Shown one piece after another: positions 55,094 to 64,000 of a DNA stretch of 64,000 bases. The notes under the pieces are model-generated. The model searched no databases, was not told the origin of the DNA, and saw only the letters and a program-made list of their open reading frames with translations. The position numbers and the translations under genes were made by a program. Source of the DNA: the human T2T-CHM13v2.0 reference genome, Homo sapiens; assembly GCF_009914755.1 (NCBI RefSeq), contig NC_060925.1, one strand, 5' to 3'. Each line of letters opens with the position of its first letter. The stretch's first letter is position 1.

Positions 55094-57024
55094 CAGGGCA
55101 GAGCCAGTGCTAAATCCAAACTTGATACTAACGGGCTCTATACCCTGTGATGATTAAGGTGTCTTGGAAAAAGAAAGGGTCTTACCAGGACAGTGGTTAG
55201 ATACTCCCGTGGCAGGAGAGGCCAGAATGTGTAGTCTGTCGGCCATCATGAGGCTCATGACCTAGAGCTGGCCAAGAACACTTGTATAATAAATGTTCAA
55301 AGCCACCAGTCACCAAAGCCTTTCATGGGTAAATGACCCCAGCACAAAGTGTTTTTTGCTGATATTAACTTTGGTTCTATTTCAGATCAATAAAGGCAAA
55401 AACCAGGAGATCCCATAAATCCCGCTGAGCCTGTCATAGCTATCAAATTATACCCAGATAAAGCTTCTGGTGGCTAATGACATGGCCATCACCCAGCGTG
55501 GACGTGGGCAGGAGGGGCTCTCCGGGAGCATCTGGTCTGCTGTGGAGACACTTGTCATCTGGAGGCTCTGTGGCTCTAATGGAGGGTGATGCTTTGAACG
55601 CGACTATCTCCCCCATAAAAAAATAAATAAATAATAAGTATAATTTAAAAATAAACAAAGATCTGGATTTGCAGGCTACTTACTGTCGCAGGACCAAGAT
55701 TAATGGCCAGTGGTAAGTTTTCGTGAAGATCTTCTGTAGCCCGATTAGCCGTGCTGGGAATCCGGAGAGATAATGTCTTTTCACATATAAAAGATCCTAT
55801 TGATTTCCTGTTAGTATCATCCTGAAAATGTGCAGTGTATATCTATGAAGCAGAGACAATCTTCCATCACTTGTTTTATGGGAAGAGAATGGTTATTGTA
55901 TCTCTTCCCATAAAATATAATCTCTTTTTCTCTTCCAAAATCTACTCGTCCCTCTGGGAATTTCCACTTGTAATCTGTGGAAGTGAATTGATTTTTTTAT
56001 TTTGTTTTATTTTTTGCATGTGCCGGTATTTTTATATTTGGCTTCTCTACATTTTCTCATTGTTCTCTGGAGTCTGGCTTTTCTAGATTGTTATTTGAGG
56101 TTGTCTAAAAATAAGTAAAAAAAAAAAAAAATCAGTCCCATTGAAACACGCACAGCCATGTGCCCGACAGTGGGTGTCAGGTTCCTGTGACTGCTCCCAC
56201 TGCGGTGCCCCACCTTTCTCCCCCGTCGGGGCCTGGCGTTTGTAAGTTCCTCAGAGGGCTTCGGAGGCAGTAAGAGGTTGCCTGGTGGGTTCCAATAGGA
56301 TGCCGATGCAAAATACCAAGTTACTGAATGAAGGAAGTGCTCTTCCTGCTGACTGGGGTTCTCAGCGTTATGTCTGGGCATTGCTTCAGGATCAATTAAG
56401 ACGCAAGGGCAGAGTCCTACATATTTAAATACTGTGCCCTGAGCAGCGGCTTCCTAAGCTAATGAGTTTGGCTGAGAAGACCCCAGCAATGCAGTCCTGT
56501 CCAGACCTTAAATAGAGAGCTTTGCAAACTGGAGCTCCAGCTATGAAGCCAGTCCTCATGGTTCTGCCTGCACCTCTTTATTAAGGTAGCTCCCCCTTAA
56601 TTCTCCTACCTACAACCGCCCCATGCTTTGAGGTCCAACCCCTCTACAAGCCTCTTCCACACTTTCTGCCCACCGCCGATTTCTCTCCCTTCCCCGAGCT
56701 CCTGTGGTAGTTAGGGATTGCACCATCCTGGCCAGCATTTAATTACTACCACCTTTTATTGCTCTCCGCTTATTGCACCTGTGCTATTTTACAGTGCTAT
56801 GTGCTGCATCTTCCAGATTCACCTTGTTTTCACTCCTTCCACTTCCACACTATGCCTGGGGCCTATCAAATTTATTTTGCACGATTGACAGATGATTTTT
56901 AAATATATATATAATAGTTATATTGTATAGCATAAATATATATTATAAATTATAACATAAGTATATTATATTAACATATGTAGTATATATTTTAACATGA
57001 ATATATAAGGTAAACGTAAATCTT

Positions 57025-57510
57025 GATGCTATGGTTCCCCAAATTCATATGAATTCATATGAATTGTAACCCCTAGTACCTCAGATTGTGACTCTATTTG
57101 GAGATAGGGTCTTTCAAGAGGTAATTAAGTTAAAAGGAGGTCATTAGGGTGGGCTGTAATCCCACATGACTGCTGTCTTCATAAGAAGAGATTAGGGCTG
57201 GGCAAGGTGGTTCACGCCTGTAATCCCAACATTTGGGAGGCCGAGGTGGGAGGATAACCCGAGGCCTGGAGTTCGAGAACAACCTGGACAACATGAAGAA
57301 ACCCCATCTATACCAAAAATACAAAAATTAGCTGGGTGTGGTGGTGTGCGTCTGTAGTCCCAGCTGCTCGGGAGGCTGAGGCAGGGGAAACACTGGAATC
57401 CAGAGGTGGAGGCTGAAGTGAGCTGAGATCACACCACTGCACTCCAGCCTGGGGGACAGAGTGAGACCCTGTCTCAAAATAACAACAACAAAAAACAAAA
57501 ACAATAAAAA
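57025..57510 (+). mobile_element. MLT1 fragment followed by an Alu (57196-57510)
   Basis: TATTTGGAGATAGGGTCTTT...GTCATTAGGGTGGGC; Alu consensus. Confidence 0.75.
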
Positions 57511-58027
57511 GGGGCTCTGTGGGGGTAGCAACGAGGCTGGAGAACACTGAAGTTCTATCCCAGATGTAATGACAACAAAAAGTCCAAAAAAGTCACACAA
57601 AGCTAATGGTCCTTGCTCAGGAAACACTTAAGCCAACAGAACCCATAACGCTTTTATCTAGACTTCCTAGAACTGTACTCATTGCTAGGGATAAACTCAA
57701 TTATCAAAACTCATTGACTCTGAAATGTAACTTGCATATACTGCTGCCCATTCCAATTCATCAGATAGGCAGCTGTTCCATGGTTAATGTAATCACTCCC
57801 TGCCACGTTATTAAACTGTTTTCTAAGTATGAAAGGATGACAGTGTGGGTTCTCTGATGCAGATGTGGACATTTGCCAGGTCACATCTGGCCAGGGGTTT
57901 GTCACACCATGACTTCATGAAGAAATCAATTCCCGTTTCCTTCAGCTGACCTTAGGGCCATCTTCACAGGCTTGATTTTCTCGATTGTAATATAAAAATT
58001 AAATTTCAGCCCATATGATTTATGTAG

Positions 58028-58389
<362 letters not shown>

Positions 58390-58583
58390 GCCTATGTGCT
58401 ATTTCTTTCAGAAGTGAACAGCACATAGTGCATGTTCACAAGGTCCCCACAAAGCAAGAAGGGGAAGGTCCATAATTCTGTCCAGCTTTTGTGTATAGAG
58501 ACATTCATAGAAAGAGGAAGAGCTGGGCATAAAGTCCTATCCATCCATGCCTAGGGTTGCAGGTTACTCTCCAAGCCACATTA

Positions 58584-58986
<403 letters not shown>

Positions 58987-59066
58987 TTACCGCTTTCTTA
59001 AATGTGCCTTTCAATATTCAACATCAATCTGTGAATCCTCAGTAGATTTTTAAAAATTTTGGTTTT

Positions 59067-60085
<1,019 letters not shown>

Positions 60086-61025
60086 TGGATATATTAAATG
60101 CCCATGAGATAAGTGAATCAAGAAAGTGAGGCTAAATTTTCCCCATCAGAATATGCAAGCTCTTCCTCATTACATGCCTCCTGCCCGTCCCCCAACTTGC
60201 CAACACACACTGAGATTTTGGGTCTCAGTTCCCTATCTATTTTCGGAGAAAAAGGTGATTCCCTTGGAGTCCCTGATGCAGATGGATACTGTGTTGAGAT
60301 GTGGGTCTCCTGCTTCTCTGAAGGTACAATTATTTTTCTTGTAAGGTTCCATAACTAGATTAATGAGTCAGTATCATCTAGTCGGATTATCTGTTTCATC
60401 AGAGATTCGTCATAGATTTCCTATGTTTCTGATCAGTTACCATGGATACCGCTTTTGTTATCACAGTTCTTTGTAACCAAAGGCTGCACTTTTGTGGGCT
60501 TCACCCACTGTAAAAATTAATCTGTGCAAAGCTCTCAGGATACACCTTGTTTGTTTGTTTGTTTTAAATTCTTTTTAATAGAGATGGAAGGATTGCAGGT
60601 CCGGGGTAGTGGTAAGGAGGGGAGCTGAAATAAATTTCCCATATGCCTGTTCATTATCAAACATTTGCATCTCATCTTCAACTCCAAGCATACATTTCCA
60701 GTGTGGTTTATGCTTTGGAGACATTTGACTCTGAGGATGCTGGGGTTTGGAGACAATCATTTCCTTCCTCCTCCTCTCATGCTCATCTCATCGCAGTAGA
60801 ATTACTTGCTTAGCTGTCTGTCTTCTTTCTTCCCTCTATAATACTGTGGATTCAAGTTATCATTGTCTCCCCAAAGTGGCTCAGGGCACAGAGAGTTCTC
60901 AACATGTGTTCAGCGAATGAATGGCTCTTTTCTTGTATTTCTCTCCTCTTACTCAGCTGAAAAGTGCAATTACATCTAAGATCCCTGTTTAAGAAAGGAC
61001 TCTTCTGGTCGTAAGAAAAAAAACA

Positions 61026-61309
61026 GGCCGGGCGCGGTGGCTCATGCCTGTAATCCCAGCACTTTGGGAGGCCAAGACGGGCGGATCACGAGGTCAGGAG
61101 ATCGAGACCATCCTGGCTAACACGGTGAAACCCCGTCTCTACTAAAAATACAAAAAATTAGCCGGCCTGGTGGCGGGCGCGCCTGTAGTCCCAGCTACTC
61201 GGAAGGCTGAGGCAGGAGAGTGGCGTGAACCCGGGAGGCGGAGCTTGCAGTGAGCCGAGATCGCGCGCCAGTGCCCTCCAGCCTGGGTGACAGAGCGAGA
61301 CTCCGTCTC

Positions 61310-61340
<31 letters not shown>

Positions 61341-61371
61341 AAAAAAAGAAAAGAAAAAAAAAAAGAAAAAA
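61026..61371 (+). mobile_element. CpG-rich AluY with a long A-tail
   Basis: Near-consensus AluY with a ~60 nt A-rich tail. Confidence 0.93.
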
Positions 61372-61754
61372 CCAAAAGACACTCAAGGAATGAGAGCCTG
61401 GTGGGTGATGAAGGAGATATCCAGGCACAGGAGCCCGGGAAAAGCCGGACAGGCGAATTGAAGTCTTGGAGCTGCAAAAGGACACTTCTGGATTTAGGGC
61501 TGCCCCAGGGGCCGCGGGAGCAGGAGTGTGTGGGTTTCACTCGGGTATTCTGCCCTTGACACAGTCATGGGCTCCTCCAGGCCTCCTGTTCCCTGCTCTC
61601 TCCTGCTGTGTCTCGCCTGTCAGTCTACATCTACTTTATACATTCATCCGATCCACATTTCTTCTCCTTCATAACTTCAGTTGCACAGGGCCCACAATGG
61701 CCTCTCTGGCTTCTTTCTGTGTTATAATGTTTAAAGGTCAACTTTTTTTCCTCC

Positions 61755-62700
<946 letters not shown>

Positions 62701-62774
62701 AACTTTTAACATTAACTGCCCCATTCTCTCAAGCTTACGGTTTCTTCCTTCAAATGCCCCAGGCAAGAATCTGA

Positions 62775-63102
<328 letters not shown>

Positions 63103-63379
63103 ACCTCATCTTTCTAAACCAGGATGATGCGCAGTCCCTGGATTGGCTGTTCTAGGTCAGGAGACCCACAGTCCTATCAAATGTGGCTAAGGGTCAATGT
63201 CATATGCTACAAAACATGGCTGCCCATAGACAGTTTTCACCAAAGGATAAGGCGGGTCATGGGGACTGTCATTTAGAGTGGTGGGCAACACTCTCTCCAT
63301 TGTGCAGCAGTAATGTGGTGCAGTGGTTTGACACCAGGTGGGCGGGGAGGGGGGCTGCTGAAGCCAATCAAGCTAATTC

Positions 63380-63820
63380 CACTCCTTCCCCTTGCCTATT
63401 CTTAGTCAAAGAATCCGAGGTTGGGCCAGCAAGTGGCATTCCTCTGTGACAGGGAGAGGTTCAGGGATGGGTCTGCAGATCAGTTTGATGTTTTCTCAAG
63501 GACATTGTTGGGAAGGAAATGTCCTTGTTTTTAAGGAACGGCCATAGGGAGAAGTGGTCTCTCTTCCTTTGGACATTGCTGTGCACAAATAAATGGGAGA
63601 GCCCCAAGCTGCGGCAGCCATTCTTACTTCTGCTCCAAGGATGACATCACCAGCTCAAGAGGGCAGGACTCAGAGCATGGCAGGGAAACTGAGGCAGAGC
63701 CAGTGGAATAGCTAGGTCCCAAAGCCCACCCTTTCTCTTGGCCTCCAGTCATTTGATCCAATAAATGTCCTTATTGTTTAAGCCAGTTTTGGGCTTTTGT
63801 AATTTGCAGCTAAAAGCATG
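63380..63820 (+). mobile_element. Old MLT1-type LTR
   Basis: CCAATAAATGTCCTTATTGTTTAAGCCAGTTTTGGGCTTTTGTAATTTGCAGCTAAAAGCAT 3' end. Confidence 0.65.
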
Positions 63821-64000
63821 GCTGGGAGTAGGGGGTGGGCTGGGTAGGGGGTGCCTGTGGGCCTGGTGGGGAATGCATAGGGTGTGATTTCTGAATATTA
63901 TGCAGGGGGCGGGCCAGTTCCACAAGCAGACAGCCGAGAAGTCACAGAGGACCCTGTACTTGGCTTAATGATTTGCTGTCTTAAAATTCCTATTAAAATT

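Overview
This is primate, very probably human, genomic DNA. It holds the 5' end of DNAJC11 (mitochondrial J-domain co-chaperone, recalled to map to 1p36.31) on the minus strand. Coding exon 1 (27395-27466) lies in a CpG-island promoter, and a 20.7 kb intron 1 separates it from exon 2 (6573-6702) and exon 3 (4059-4132). The gene continues beyond the left edge. The ~36 kb upstream of the gene is intergenic and very repeat-rich: dozens of Alus, a full-length SVA, solo ERV/MaLR LTRs, hAT and Tc1/mariner MITEs, and L1/L2/MIR relics. It also has splice and polyA signals compatible with a plus-strand lincRNA at ~50.3-55.7 kb. None of the long ORFs in the supplied track is a credible independent protein gene; they arise from Alu, SVA-VNTR, CpG-island or microsatellite sequence. 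I found no new protein-coding system. The most notable observations are an AluY and an SVA at the same L1-endonuclease site (triplicated TSD), two multi-level nested TE stacks in intron 1, a 5'-anchored stutter duplication, an antisense solo LTR7 next to the promoter, a mitochondrial-type promoter motif set, and a phase-0/phase-0 exon 2+3 cassette flanked by inverted Alus. Repeat subfamily names come from recalled consensus sequences and need RepeatMasker/Dfam confirmation. Repeat boundaries are approximate unless a TSD is quoted.
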